Shown in pieces: positions 29,299-39,770 of a stretch of 64,000 nucleotides of DNA. The stretch is from an uncultured Flavobacterium sp. (GTDB taxonomy: Bacteria; Bacteroidota; Bacteroidia; Flavobacteriales; Flavobacteriaceae): NCBI GenBank assembly GCA_963509895.1, contig CAUPCW010000003.1, forward strand, positions 31,575-95,574, read 5' to 3'. The stretch's first letter is position 1; the number at the start of each line of letters is the position of its first letter. Under the pieces are notes generated by a model, which was not told the DNA's origin, searched no databases, and saw only the letters and a program-made list of their open reading frames with translations. The position numbers and the translations under genes were made by a program.

Positions 29299-29365
29299 TT
29301 TTTTTGTAAATTTAAATAGTACATAACGACTGTGTAAAGAATGATATTCTATAACATAATAAATC

Positions 29366-30172
29366 ATGCAAAAACCCCTAGTTTCGATTGTTATTACCTG
29401 CTACAATCTTGGGGAATATCTTCAGGATGCTATTGACAGCATCAAGGAATATTCTAAAAGACAGGATTACGAAATCATTTTGGTTAATGATGGTTCTACG
29501 GATACAAATACAAATGCTGTTGTACAATCAATAGCAGAAAATGACAAGGCAATACAACTCATCAACCAACCCAATATGGGTTTGGCCAAAGCAAGAAATA
29601 ACGGTATTAAATTGGCCCAAGGTCGTTATATTATTCCTCTAGATGCTGATAATAAAATAAGACCCGAATTTATAAGCGATACCATTGCTATTTTAGATAA
29701 TTTTCCAAATATAGATGTTGTCCATGGCGATGCTCAAAATTTTGGCACTAAAACAAATGTTTGGAAAGCGAAACCTTTTTGTTTCCCTGAAATGTTACTC
29801 AATAATTATATCGATGCTTGTGCAGGTTTTAGAAAATCAGCATGGAATAGATTAGGAGGCTATGATGAGAAGATGCCTGTTATGGGATTTGAAGATTGGG
29901 ATTTGTGGTTGCGAATGGGTAATGCAGGTTGTGAGTTTCAATATGTGAACAAAATATTTTTTGATTACAGAGTTAGGGATAATTCGATGTTGGCAGATGC
30001 TTGGAAGAAAAGAGAAACGTTATTGCAGTACATTTTTAACAAAAAGGAATTGAAACATTTGCTGCCTTTTCGAAATTGTCTGATCGAAAACCAAAAGCTT
30101 AAAGAAGAGCCTTCTGTCAATACAATATTTCAAGTTGTTGTTAAAAAGATTAAACGAAAATTGTCTTTCTAA
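29366..30172 (+). CDS. Glycosyltransferase family 2
   Basis: VSIVITCYN, VNDGSTD, GLAKARN, LDADN, EDWDLW. Confidence 0.93.
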   Translation: MQKPLVSIVITCYNLGEYLQDAIDSIKEYSKRQDYEIILVNDGSTDTNTNAVVQSIAENDKAIQLINQPNMGLAKARNNGIKLAQGRYIIPLDADNKIRPEFISDTIAILDNFPNIDVVHGDAQNFGTKTNVWKAKPFCFPEMLLNNYIDACAGFRKSAWNRLGGYDEKMPVMGFEDWDLWLRMGNAGCEFQYVNKIFFDYRVRDNSMLADAWKKRETLLQYIFNKKELKHLLPFRNCLIENQKLKEEPSVNTIFQVVVKKIKRKLSF

Positions 30173-31318
30173 ATGGGAAATTCTAAAAAAGTACTCTTTA
30201 TTTCAGAAAATAGCTCTTGGGGTGGTAGCGAGTTGCTGTGGTCAAGAACGGTTGCAGAGTTATTGCCTTTTGGTTTTATGATGGCGATTTGCGTTCGTTC
30301 AAAATTTATGTTGCCAAAAGAGATTCTTTTATTAGGTAAAGAAAAGAAGGTAATCATTCATGAATTTTCTACTATTCCTTTGCCTATTTGGAAAAAAATA
30401 GCCAATCGTTTTTTGTCATATGCAAGAAGATTTAAGCCTGCCAATGCAAAACGTGATTTTATTTTGGAATTTAAGCCCGATTTGGTAGTCATCAATCAAG
30501 GATTTAATTTCAATGGGGTAGAAACTATGGATTTCGCTTTTCAAAATAAATTTAAGTATGTTACTATTTCCCAAGCTGTGAATGAAGGGATGTGGCCTAA
30601 TTTAATCTTGAGAAAAAAAATGAAATTAGGATTTCAAAAGAGTGAATGGAATTATTTTGTGAGTGAGGATAATCGTCAGGTTACTCAAAATCAACTTGGA
30701 GTTATTTTGGATAATGCTTCGGTTGTTCGAAACCCATTTAATGTTCCTTTTGAACCCGATTTAGTATTCCCACAACAAAACGATTTTCATTTGGCTTTTG
30801 TGGGGCGTTATGATTTTTATGCCAAAGGGCAAGATGTTTTGTTACAGGTTTTAGCGCAAGAAAAATGGAAAAACAGAGCGCTATACGTTAATTTTTACGG
30901 AGATGGAAATGATATTGAAAATTTAAAAGATTTAATACATTTATACGAAATCAAAAACGCGATTATCCATCCGCATACTAATACACTTGATATTTGGAAA
31001 AACAATCAAGGTTTAATTTTGACTTCCCGATTTGAGGGATTACCTATCGTTATCGTCGAAGCCATGCTATGCAAGCGTTTGGTAATTGTTACCAATGTAA
31101 GCGGGAATCAAGAATTAGTTTTAGATAATAAAACAGGATTTATAGCTGCTGCACCCCGACCAGAGTATGTAGATGAAGCCTTGGAAAGAGCTTGGCAAGT
31201 TCGGGAAAATTGGCAAAAGATGGGCGAACAAGCTAGATGCCAAATTACAAAACAGATTCCAGAAAATCCTGCTTTGGTTTTCGCGAATGAACTCGGTTCC
31301 ATTTTAAATTCACTATAA
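30173..31318 (+). CDS. Glycosyltransferase family 4
   Basis: WGGSE, FVGR...KGQD, SRFEGLPIVIVEAM. Confidence 0.9.
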   Translation: MGNSKKVLFISENSSWGGSELLWSRTVAELLPFGFMMAICVRSKFMLPKEILLLGKEKKVIIHEFSTIPLPIWKKIANRFLSYARRFKPANAKRDFILEFKPDLVVINQGFNFNGVETMDFAFQNKFKYVTISQAVNEGMWPNLILRKKMKLGFQKSEWNYFVSEDNRQVTQNQLGVILDNASVVRNPFNVPFEPDLVFPQQNDFHLAFVGRYDFYAKGQDVLLQVLAQEKWKNRALYVNFYGDGNDIENLKDLIHLYEIKNAIIHPHTNTLDIWKNNQGLILTSRFEGLPIVIVEAMLCKRLVIVTNVSGNQELVLDNKTGFIAAAPRPEYVDEALERAWQVRENWQKMGEQARCQITKQIPENPALVFANELGSILNSL

Positions 31319-32221
31319 ATGTACCTAAAAGTATATTGTATTTTGGCTCATAAAAATCCAAAACAGCTGAAGGATTTAATTTTGCTATTGCAAGATGAAA
31401 GATCCTTGTTTTTTATTCATTTGGACCAAAGCGTAAATCTAAGAGAATACAAAGCTCTTATTCAAAATGCTAATTGTCATTTTGTAAAAAATAGAGTAGC
31501 ATGTTCTTGGGGAAAATATAGTCTGGTGCAAGCAACATTAAACACGTTGCAAGAAGTTCATGATTTTATGAGCATTAAATATTCGAATACAAACTACCAT
31601 TTTATTATGTTGTCTGGCGAAGATTTACCAGTAAAATCGAATCAATACATTCATGATTTTTTAGAAAAAAACAAAGAGACTTCTTTTGTGCATCATTGGC
31701 AATTGCCCTATGAAAATTGGTGGGGTGGTGGTTGGTTCCGAATGGAGAATCTTTATTTTTTTGATTATAGAAAACATCAAAAGTATAATTATTGGGTAAA
31801 CAAGTGGATAAGAAAAATTCAATTGTCTTGTCTATTGCCAATAAATCAATTCAAGAAACGTTTTCCTTCTTTTACTATCTATGGTAGTAGTCAGTGGATG
31901 ATTTTGAATCAAGATTTAGTTTCATTTGTAGTTCAAGAAAGCAATGAAAACCCAAAATTTAATGCAATTTTTAAACACGTCCTTGCTCCGGATGAATTGT
32001 ATTTTGCTACTTTGATAGCCAATTTTGACCTAGAAAAAAAGTATATTTTAAGAAATAGTGCTATGCATTTTGTTTGTTTTGAAGGAGCTGCAGCTAGTCC
32101 AAAATACCTTGAAGTGGATGATTTAATAAATTGTACTAGTACAGAGATATTGTTTGCTAGGAAATTCGATTCAGATGTGAATAGTCAATCCATTGCATTT
32201 GTAAAAAAAATGATTTCATAA
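31319..32221 (+). CDS. GT14 (Core-2/I-branching) beta-1,6-N-acetylglucosaminyltransferase-like
   Basis: YCILAHKNP, FIHLD, WGKYSLVQA, LSGEDLP, GSSQW, PDELYF, LFARKF. Confidence 0.88.
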   Translation: MYLKVYCILAHKNPKQLKDLILLLQDERSLFFIHLDQSVNLREYKALIQNANCHFVKNRVACSWGKYSLVQATLNTLQEVHDFMSIKYSNTNYHFIMLSGEDLPVKSNQYIHDFLEKNKETSFVHHWQLPYENWWGGGWFRMENLYFFDYRKHQKYNYWVNKWIRKIQLSCLLPINQFKKRFPSFTIYGSSQWMILNQDLVSFVVQESNENPKFNAIFKHVLAPDELYFATLIANFDLEKKYILRNSAMHFVCFEGAAASPKYLEVDDLINCTSTEILFARKFDSDVNSQSIAFVKKMIS

Positions 32222-33231
32222 TGAAAAAATTAGCGGTTTTAATGCCAACGTACAACTGTGCACAGTATTTACAAGACAGCATAGATTCTATTTTGAATCA
32301 AACCTATTCAGATTTTGATTTTTATATTTATGATGATTGTTCTACAGACACTACAAGCCAAGTTATTTCTAATTATGGTGACAAGAGAATTTTTTATATA
32401 AGAAATAATGAAAATATGGGAATTGCAAGAACCCTTAATTTGGGTTTAGAAGCTTTATTGCCCCATTATGAGTATATTGCTAGAATGGATGCCGATGATT
32501 GGAGTTTTCCTGAACGCTTTCAAAAACAAATTGATTTTATGGACTCAAATTCAGATGTAGCCATATCTGGGACACAGGGATATTGGTTGAAGGAGATGCA
32601 TAAAATACTTTTGAATGCTTGGGAGTATCCAACAAAATGTGAATATCTAAAATTTTACCTGCTTTTTGGTGCTTCGTTTGGTCACTCATCTTTGATTTTC
32701 AGAACTAACTTTTTTATAAAAAATAATTTAAAATATAATCAATTAATAAAGACATGTGAAGATTGGGATTTATGGATAAAAGTATCTCTAAAAGGTAAGA
32801 TTGAAAATTTGCCTGATTTTCTAATGAAATACAGGATACTTCCAAATAGTAATCATCGTTCAGCAGAAAATAAAAAAACACATCTTAAGGAACGGTGCAT
32901 AATTATTTCCAACTATTGGAAAACATTTAATATTATGTTGTCGCCAGAGCAGGTGTTTGAATTTTATTATGATTCAGGACTAAGCATGCAAGATGATTTT
33001 AGTACTAAATTGAAAATTCTTATACAGTCATTTAATGAGTTGTTTTTAAAACATACTGAAAATTTAGAAATTGAAGACAAGAAAAAATTTAGTTATCTCT
33101 TAGCCCGTAAAATACTGGACTATTGGAAAAGATCTAATGTTAATAGATACCATCCAGTTATTTGGATATTGATATTGTCTAGGGTAAAGTTTATGGGTAA
33201 AGTAAGATTAATTAAGAGCCAATTCAATTAA
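32221..33231 (+). CDS. Glycosyltransferase family 2
   Basis: VLMPTYN, DDCSTD, ARMDADD, EDWDLW. Confidence 0.92.
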   Translation: MKKLAVLMPTYNCAQYLQDSIDSILNQTYSDFDFYIYDDCSTDTTSQVISNYGDKRIFYIRNNENMGIARTLNLGLEALLPHYEYIARMDADDWSFPERFQKQIDFMDSNSDVAISGTQGYWLKEMHKILLNAWEYPTKCEYLKFYLLFGASFGHSSLIFRTNFFIKNNLKYNQLIKTCEDWDLWIKVSLKGKIENLPDFLMKYRILPNSNHRSAENKKTHLKERCIIISNYWKTFNIMLSPEQVFEFYYDSGLSMQDDFSTKLKILIQSFNELFLKHTENLEIEDKKKFSYLLARKILDYWKRSNVNRYHPVIWILILSRVKFMGKVRLIKSQFN

Positions 33232-33235
33232 AAAA

Positions 33236-34312
33236 ATGCATAACAATAGAATTGCGATATTAGATAGTTTTAGAGCAATTGCCATTTTAATGGTAATTCT
33301 TTTTCATTTTTTCTCCCGTTGGACGTCATTGTATCCTTACGCAGATGATTATGATTTCTTTGGCTACGGTAAGTTTGGGGTTCACTTTTTTTTTATGATT
33401 AGTGGGTTCGTTATTTTTTTTACCCTTGAGAGAACCAATACTTTCAAGCAATTTTGGTTGAATAGATACATTAGATTGTTACCATCTATGTTTTTTGCAT
33501 CTATTTTTACCTATCTTTTTTTTGTTGTATTCGATACTGATTTTTTGTTTCCAAAGAGTCATTATCTTAAAAATATTCTAGTTAGTCTTACTTTTGTTCA
33601 ACCGGATTTAATTTCTTCCTTAACGAGTTACCGTTTTGAATTGGACTATATAAGTGGTTCTTATTGGAGTCTTTGGGTTGAGATTCAGTTTTATTTCTTG
33701 GCAGCTACGATTTATTTTATTTTTTCAAAAAGGTTTTATGTTTATTTCTTTTTAATAGCCGGAATACTTGTCTGTGTGAATTTTTCCCTATCGCATTGCT
33801 ATATAGATTATTGGTTAATTGTCAAATTAAAGTCATTAAGGTCTGTTTTTAATTTGATGCCTGCTTTGCCCTTTTTTTGTTTAGGGTCTATTTTTTTTAT
33901 TTTTTATAAAAATTATGTAAACCAAATAAAGAGTTCCTTTTTTTTGAAAATCAGCTTTATTTTTTTTACAACTTTTTTAGTTTTAAATAATTGGCAAGAT
34001 TTAAGATTATTAGGTTTGATACTATTCTTTATTTTATTGTTTTTCTTAATGATTTATTATCAAAAAAGCATTTCGTTTTTAGACAACAAACTCTTGAATA
34101 CAATAGGTGTTTCGTCTTATTTTCTTTATTTGATACATGAAAATATTGGGGTTTTTCTAATTCATAAAAATCTATTAGCAATAAATAGTTTTTATTTTTT
34201 TCAACCAGTTCTTATCATTGTATTTCTTATAATTGTAAGTGTTTTGTTTTCAAAATATGTAGAAAGCAATGTTATTCAGTTTTTGAAAATCTTAATAAAA
34301 AAACGTCAATAA
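33236..34312 (+). CDS. Acyltransferase family 3 (OafA-like)
   Basis: LDSFRAIA, GVHFFFMISGFVI, RYIRLLP, YWSLWVEIQFY, SYFLYLIH. Confidence 0.92.
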   Translation: MHNNRIAILDSFRAIAILMVILFHFFSRWTSLYPYADDYDFFGYGKFGVHFFFMISGFVIFFTLERTNTFKQFWLNRYIRLLPSMFFASIFTYLFFVVFDTDFLFPKSHYLKNILVSLTFVQPDLISSLTSYRFELDYISGSYWSLWVEIQFYFLAATIYFIFSKRFYVYFFLIAGILVCVNFSLSHCYIDYWLIVKLKSLRSVFNLMPALPFFCLGSIFFIFYKNYVNQIKSSFFLKISFIFFTTFLVLNNWQDLRLLGLILFFILLFFLMIYYQKSISFLDNKLLNTIGVSSYFLYLIHENIGVFLIHKNLLAINSFYFFQPVLIIVFLIIVSVLFSKYVESNVIQFLKILIKKRQ

Positions 34313-34313
34313 A

Positions 34314-35198
34314 ATGCGAGCTTCAATTGTAATAGTATCCAAAAACCGAAAAGAAGAGTTGTTAAAAACTTTAAAAATAATTGGTTTATTGATAGATAAA
34401 TTCCAAGTTGAGGTTTTGGTTTTTCTAGACGGATGCACTGATGATTCTGAAGTATTAATGAATGAACTAAAATGGGTTAGTTGGTTTGTTTCTGCTAAGT
34501 CAATTGGAGCGTCTGCAGCGAGACAACGACTTTATCCTTTTGCGAAGGGGGAGCTACTCATCGGCCTTGATGATGATGCACATCCATTAACAAAAGATTT
34601 TGTATCTAAAATTGAAATTTTATTTCAAGAAAACGCAACGGTAGGGGTTTTGGCTTTTGAAGAAGTAAAAGGTGTTTTTGAATCAGATAGTGCCGCACTA
34701 GAACAATCTGAAAAGATCAAAAAGGAATTTCTTTGTTCTGAGTTTATTGGTTGTGGCTTTGCTATTCGAAAATCAGCTTATTTGGAAACAAATGGTTTTC
34801 CAGTTTGGATTGATATTTATGGAGAAGAATCCTGTGTTGCAATAGAAGTTTTAGCAAAAGGATTTGATATTCTTTATACCAATCAAATAAAAGTAAATCA
34901 TCGGGTAAATAAGGAGCAACGAAAGTTAAGAAAACAAAATTATTTTAGATTTGGGAAACAATTAAAAAATTCAACATACTATTTTTTAGTGTACTATCCA
35001 TACCCTTTGTATGCTATTTTGAAATTGTATTGGCATAACTTAAAAAAATATGCTTTAACTGATTGGGAATTTAGTAAAATATATTTTAAAACAATTTTTA
35101 TAGTATTAATTAATGTGCCAAGAGTTTTAAGATATCGGAATCCTGTTGATAAAACATTGATTATAAAAATGAGAGAATTGTTAGTTTTAAAATTTTAA
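34314..35198 (+). CDS. Glycosyltransferase family 2
   Basis: FLDGCTD, GASAAR, GLDDDA, FIGCGFAIR, YGEE. Confidence 0.88.
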   Translation: MRASIVIVSKNRKEELLKTLKIIGLLIDKFQVEVLVFLDGCTDDSEVLMNELKWVSWFVSAKSIGASAARQRLYPFAKGELLIGLDDDAHPLTKDFVSKIEILFQENATVGVLAFEEVKGVFESDSAALEQSEKIKKEFLCSEFIGCGFAIRKSAYLETNGFPVWIDIYGEESCVAIEVLAKGFDILYTNQIKVNHRVNKEQRKLRKQNYFRFGKQLKNSTYYFLVYYPYPLYAILKLYWHNLKKYALTDWEFSKIYFKTIFIVLINVPRVLRYRNPVDKTLIIKMRELLVLKF

Positions 35199-35199
35199 A

Positions 35200-35877
35200 A
35201 TGAAAAACATAGCCATAATTCCAGCCCGTGGCGGATCAAAACGTATTCCAGAAAAGAACATTCAGTTGTTTGCTGGGGTACCTTTATTGGTACATTCCAT
35301 AAGGTATGCTTTGGCGAATTCTGAAATTATCGATGCAGTCTATGTTTCTACAGATGATGAGCGGATTAAAAAAATAGCCTTAGCGAATGGAGCTCAAGTT
35401 ATTGATAGACCAAACGCTATTTCGGGAGATTTGGAACCTACCGTTTCGACATTGAAACATGTTTTAGAATCTATTGAATCTGAGGTCGACAATATTATTT
35501 TGCTACAACCGACAAATCCGCTTCGACCACAAAATTTGGTAAAGGAAGCTTTTGATAGCTATGAAAAAGGGAAATATGACAGTCTTTTTACCGTTACCCG
35601 GAACCATCAGAAATTCGGGAAAATAATTAACAATAAATTCCTACCCTTTAATTACAGTATTGGACAACGCAGTCAGGATTTGAAACCTTTGTTTTTCGAA
35701 AACGGATTGCTGTACATAACCAAAGCGTCCTTGATTTTTGAAGATATTATTATTTCAGAAAATGCTTTTCCTCTAGAAGTAAATCATATTTTTGCCAATG
35801 TTGATATCGATACTCTTGAAGATCTACAGTATGCGGAGTATTTGATTGATAAAGTGTCTCGACTGAGCTCGACTTGA
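35200..35877 (+). CDS. neuA: Acylneuraminate cytidylyltransferase
   Basis: IIPARGGSKRIPEKN, VSTDD, LQPTNPLR, ENG, DIDTLED. Confidence 0.92.
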   Translation: MKNIAIIPARGGSKRIPEKNIQLFAGVPLLVHSIRYALANSEIIDAVYVSTDDERIKKIALANGAQVIDRPNAISGDLEPTVSTLKHVLESIESEVDNIILLQPTNPLRPQNLVKEAFDSYEKGKYDSLFTVTRNHQKFGKIINNKFLPFNYSIGQRSQDLKPLFFENGLLYITKASLIFEDIIISENAFPLEVNHIFANVDIDTLEDLQYAEYLIDKVSRLSST

Positions 35878-35940
35878 CAAAATACGATATATTTGTCACA
35901 TCGAGCCCTTCGACTTCGCTCAGGACAGGCTAAGTCGAGA
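35857..35940. repeat. TGTC-tagged REP-like pair with nested CCTTCGAC...CAGGACAGGC insert
   Basis: TCTCGACTGAGCTCGACTTGACA (35857-35879) faces TGTCACATCGAGC[insert]AAGTCGAGA (35894-35940). Confidence 0.8.
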
Positions 35941-35942
35941 GG

Positions 35943-36019
35943 CATAACCCATAACTCATAACTCATAATTCATAACTCATAATTCATAACTCATAATTCA
36001 TAACTCATAATTCATAACT
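35943..36019 (+). repeat. 11 x CATAA(C/T)(T/C) heptamer tract
   Basis: Ends 13 nt before the neuB ATG. Confidence 0.95.
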
Positions 36020-36032
36020 AATAAATCTTTTC

Positions 36033-37073
36033 ATGAATCCCTATATAGAAATTGCTGGAAGAAAAATTGGACAGGATTATCCACCATTAGTCATAGCCGA
36101 AATCGGTATAAACCACGAAGGTTCTTTGCAAATTGCAAAGGAAATGGTGGATGCAGCCCAACGAGCAGGAGTCGAGATAGTAAAACACCAAACCCATATT
36201 GTTGAAGACGAAATGTCTGGAGCTGCTAAAAAAGTAATTCCAGGTAATGCGGATGTTTCTATTTACGAAATTATGGAGCGCTGTTCATTGAACGAAGTTG
36301 AGGAATTAGAATTAAAAAACTATGTCGAAAGTAAAGGGATGATTTTTATCTCAACCCCCTTCTCCCGAGCCGCTGCCGAAAGATTGAAAAAATTCGATAT
36401 ACCCGCTTATAAAATTGGATCGGGGGAGTGCAATAATTATCCGCTTCTAGAGCATATTGCTTCTTTTGGAAAACCGGTTATTTTGAGCACTGGAATGAAT
36501 ACTATTGAAAGTATTCGCAAAGCCGTGGCTATTTTTGACAAACATAAAGTTCCTGTTGCCTTACTGCATACCACTAATTTATATCCTACACCTATGCATT
36601 TGGTGCGATTTGGAGCCATGACGCAAATGCATGACGCTTTTCCAGATAAAGTGTTTGGATTAAGCGATCATACACTGAATAATAATGCCTGTTTGGGAGC
36701 AGTGGCTTTGGGAGCCAGTATTTTGGAACGCCATTTTACGGATCATATGCAGCGCACCGGACCCGATATCGTGTGCAGTATGGATGAGCCAACTACCAAA
36801 GAATTGATTGTTAGTTCGAATGAAATTTGGCAAATGCGAGGCGGTGTTAAGGCGCCTGCTAAAGAAGAGCAAGTGACCATTGACTTTGCTTTCGCGACCG
36901 TTTGCGCTATTGCGGATATCAAAGAAGGGGAGCCATTTACCAAAGACAATATTTGGGTAAAACGTCCAGGAACAGGAAAGATTTTGGCGGAACATTTTGA
37001 ATCGCTATTAGGTAAAAAAGCGACTCGAGTTATAGCTAATGATGAACAGTTAAGTTGGGAGGATGTAGAATAA
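36033..37073 (+). CDS. neuB: N-acetylneuraminate synthase (with C-terminal SAF domain)
   Basis: [38 protein letters not shown]. Confidence 0.95.
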   Translation: MNPYIEIAGRKIGQDYPPLVIAEIGINHEGSLQIAKEMVDAAQRAGVEIVKHQTHIVEDEMSGAAKKVIPGNADVSIYEIMERCSLNEVEELELKNYVESKGMIFISTPFSRAAAERLKKFDIPAYKIGSGECNNYPLLEHIASFGKPVILSTGMNTIESIRKAVAIFDKHKVPVALLHTTNLYPTPMHLVRFGAMTQMHDAFPDKVFGLSDHTLNNNACLGAVALGASILERHFTDHMQRTGPDIVCSMDEPTTKELIVSSNEIWQMRGGVKAPAKEEQVTIDFAFATVCAIADIKEGEPFTKDNIWVKRPGTGKILAEHFESLLGKKATRVIANDEQLSWEDVE

Positions 37074-37129
37074 ATTGTTAACCCTTTCAGAGTTCAAAAC
37101 TCTGACAGTTTTGATTGACTATAAAATAA

Positions 37130-38251
37130 ATGAAAAAAATCGTATTTCTTACCGGTACTCGTGCCGATTTTGGTAAAATAAAATCATTGATTTCAATTTT
37201 GGAAGGGCAACCTGAATTTGAAGTTTTTGTTTTTGTGACTGGTATGCATTTGCAGGAGGAATATGGCTATACATTATTAGAAATTGAGCGCTGCGGTTTT
37301 AAAAACATTCATACTTTTTCTAATCACACCCATGAAACGACTATGGATTTGACTTTGGCCAAAACCATAGAAGGCTTGTCGGTTTATGCAAAAGAAATAC
37401 AACCTGATTTAATCGTCGTTCATGGGGATCGAGTAGAGACTTTGGCGGGAGCCATTGTAGGATCTTTGAATAATATTTTGGTAGCACATATAGAAGGAGG
37501 AGAGGTGTCGGGAACAGTCGATGAATTGATTCGGCATAGTGTAAGTAAATTGTGTCATATTCATTTTGTTTCTAATGCGGAGGCTGCACAACGATTGCAA
37601 CAAATGGGAGAAATCAAGGAGTCTATTTTTACTATTGGTTCACCTGATATTGATATCATGTTCTCGGAACAACTTCCAGATGTAGCTGTGGCTAAAAACT
37701 ATTATCAATTGGATTTTGAATCTTATGCTATTGCTATGTTCCATCCAGTAACGACCGAGATTGATCAGATTGAAGCCTTCGCCCAGAACTTCGTTGAAGC
37801 CTTGCTTGCTGATCATCATAATTATTTGGTGGTATATCCTAATAATGATTTAGGCAGCCGATTTGTTTTAAAAGCCTACGAAGCTTTGAAAGAAAATCCC
37901 AGATTCCGCATCATACCTTCTTTGCGTTTTGAATGTTTTCTGACCTTATTAAAAAACAGTCAATTCATCATTGGTAACAGCAGTGCTGGGATACGAGAAG
38001 CACCTTATTACGGCATTCCTATTATAAATATCGGAACTCGTCAACAAAATAGAGCGGTGCATGCAGATATCCTTCATGTAAATTATCAAACAAAGTATAT
38101 TTTGGAAGCACTCAATACTATCGATACTCATAAGGTAAACGTAGGGGATTCGGATTTTGGACAAGGGAATAGCGCACAGTTGTTTTTGGATTGTCTTAAG
38201 GAAGAAACGATATGGAATAGTAATCATCAGAAACAGTTTAGAGACAGCTGA
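37130..38251 (+). CDS. neuC: UDP-N-acetylglucosamine 2-epimerase (hydrolysing)
   Basis: TGTRADFG, TGMHL, HGDRVE, HIEGGE, GNSSAGI, IGTRQ. Confidence 0.95.
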   Translation: MKKIVFLTGTRADFGKIKSLISILEGQPEFEVFVFVTGMHLQEEYGYTLLEIERCGFKNIHTFSNHTHETTMDLTLAKTIEGLSVYAKEIQPDLIVVHGDRVETLAGAIVGSLNNILVAHIEGGEVSGTVDELIRHSVSKLCHIHFVSNAEAAQRLQQMGEIKESIFTIGSPDIDIMFSEQLPDVAVAKNYYQLDFESYAIAMFHPVTTEIDQIEAFAQNFVEALLADHHNYLVVYPNNDLGSRFVLKAYEALKENPRFRIIPSLRFECFLTLLKNSQFIIGNSSAGIREAPYYGIPIINIGTRQQNRAVHADILHVNYQTKYILEALNTIDTHKVNVGDSDFGQGNSAQLFLDCLKEETIWNSNHQKQFRDS

Positions 38252-38335
38252 TTTTCTCTAAGCCTATTTTTTAACTCTTTCATAGTTTTGAATTCAGAAA
38301 ATGTAAAAAAATAATAAAATTATAAGCAGAAAGAA

Positions 38336-39733
38336 ATGAAAAAAATAGGAATTGTAATCACAGATGGAGTAGGGTTTAGAAACTTTATAATGAGTGATTT
38401 CGTGAATGAAGTAATACTAGAATTTGATAAGGTTTTTATCTATTCTGGATTGCCAATAGAATGTTATTCAGATTATGTAGTAAGTCCTAAAGTCACCATT
38501 AAAGAATTGCCTATTTTTAAAGAAAGGAAAGGTACCTGGTTTTTTAGAAAATGGAAAGAATTAGCACATTTGCAAAGGCACCAAGATTACTACGGCATGA
38601 AAGATAATTTGGTTTCGGGTTATCCAAAAAGCAATTCTATTCGTTCCTTATTGATCAAAATACTGTACTTTTTTACTCGATATATACATTCAAATACCAG
38701 TATACTGTTTGCTGAAAAAATGCAATTTTTATCTTTTTCACGTCATGAAATAACCAAAGAATATAGTGATGTACTTGATAGAGATAAGCCCACTCATTTG
38801 TTTTTTACGCATCAGCGTCCACCCTATTTAGCCCCTTTCTTGTATGCTGGAATTCAAAATAAAATCCCAACGAGCACTTTTATTTTTAGTTGGGATAATT
38901 TAGCTTCAAAAGGAAGGATGTTAGGTACTTTTGATTATTTCTTGGTGTGGAGTGATTTAATGAAAAAAGAGTTACTCTATTTTTATCCTAATGTAAAATC
39001 AGAAAATGTAAAAGTGGTTGGAACACTTCAGTTTGAGCCTTATGTGATTGAAAAATATGAAAGCACAAGAGCAAATTTCATCAAAAAGTTTGGATTAGAT
39101 AGCAATAAAAAAACAATTTGTTACAGCTGTGCTGATGTTTCGATTGGCCCCAATGACCCAATTGTAATTGAAGCAATAGCACAAGCAATACAAAATAATG
39201 AAATTAATTTTCCAGTACAGCTCATCGTAAGAACTTCTCCCGCTGAAGATGATAGTAGATTCAAAACGATAAGAGAGAAATATCCGGAAATTATTTGGAA
39301 TGTGCCGAAATGGGTTTTGACGCGTGAGAACCATGTCGAAAGTTGGTCACAACGTATCCCAAGTGAAGAGGATATTATTGATTTGCGGTCACTACTGGAA
39401 AATGTAGATTTGAATGTCAATATGTGTTCAACCATGAGTTTGGACTTCATGTTGTTTGATAAACCAGTAATCAATACTGTATTTGGAAATTTGGAGAATG
39501 GACGTTATAATGATCAACGATTTTTAGAGTACAGTCATTTTAAAAAAGTGGTCGATAGTGAATCGGTTTCCATTGCTAAAAATGCAAGTGAACTAACTGC
39601 GCAAATTAATGAGGCGCTGAGTAAACCTGAAAAAAGAAGGTTGCAAAGAAAGGAATTGATTGCTCTTCAAATTAGTCAGGATTTAAAAGGAACTAGCCAA
39701 AGAATTGCAAAAACGTTGGTTAAGTTTCATTAA
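38336..39733 (+). CDS. Uncharacterised GT-B-like protein; candidate nonulosonate transferase
   Basis: SWDNLASKG, LVWSDLM, STMSLD, KPVIN; directly follows neuC. Confidence 0.55.
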   Translation: MKKIGIVITDGVGFRNFIMSDFVNEVILEFDKVFIYSGLPIECYSDYVVSPKVTIKELPIFKERKGTWFFRKWKELAHLQRHQDYYGMKDNLVSGYPKSNSIRSLLIKILYFFTRYIHSNTSILFAEKMQFLSFSRHEITKEYSDVLDRDKPTHLFFTHQRPPYLAPFLYAGIQNKIPTSTFIFSWDNLASKGRMLGTFDYFLVWSDLMKKELLYFYPNVKSENVKVVGTLQFEPYVIEKYESTRANFIKKFGLDSNKKTICYSCADVSIGPNDPIVIEAIAQAIQNNEINFPVQLIVRTSPAEDDSRFKTIREKYPEIIWNVPKWVLTRENHVESWSQRIPSEEDIIDLRSLLENVDLNVNMCSTMSLDFMLFDKPVINTVFGNLENGRYNDQRFLEYSHFKKVVDSESVSIAKNASELTAQINEALSKPEKRRLQRKELIALQISQDLKGTSQRIAKTLVKFH

Positions 39734-39770
39734 ACCATAGTAAGAATTAATGATTGTTTATTTTATCTAA

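Noticed and set aside
35784-35966. 60-aa minus-strand ORF containing ACPERSRR
   Set aside because: Spurious translation of the REP-like repeat and antisense neuA
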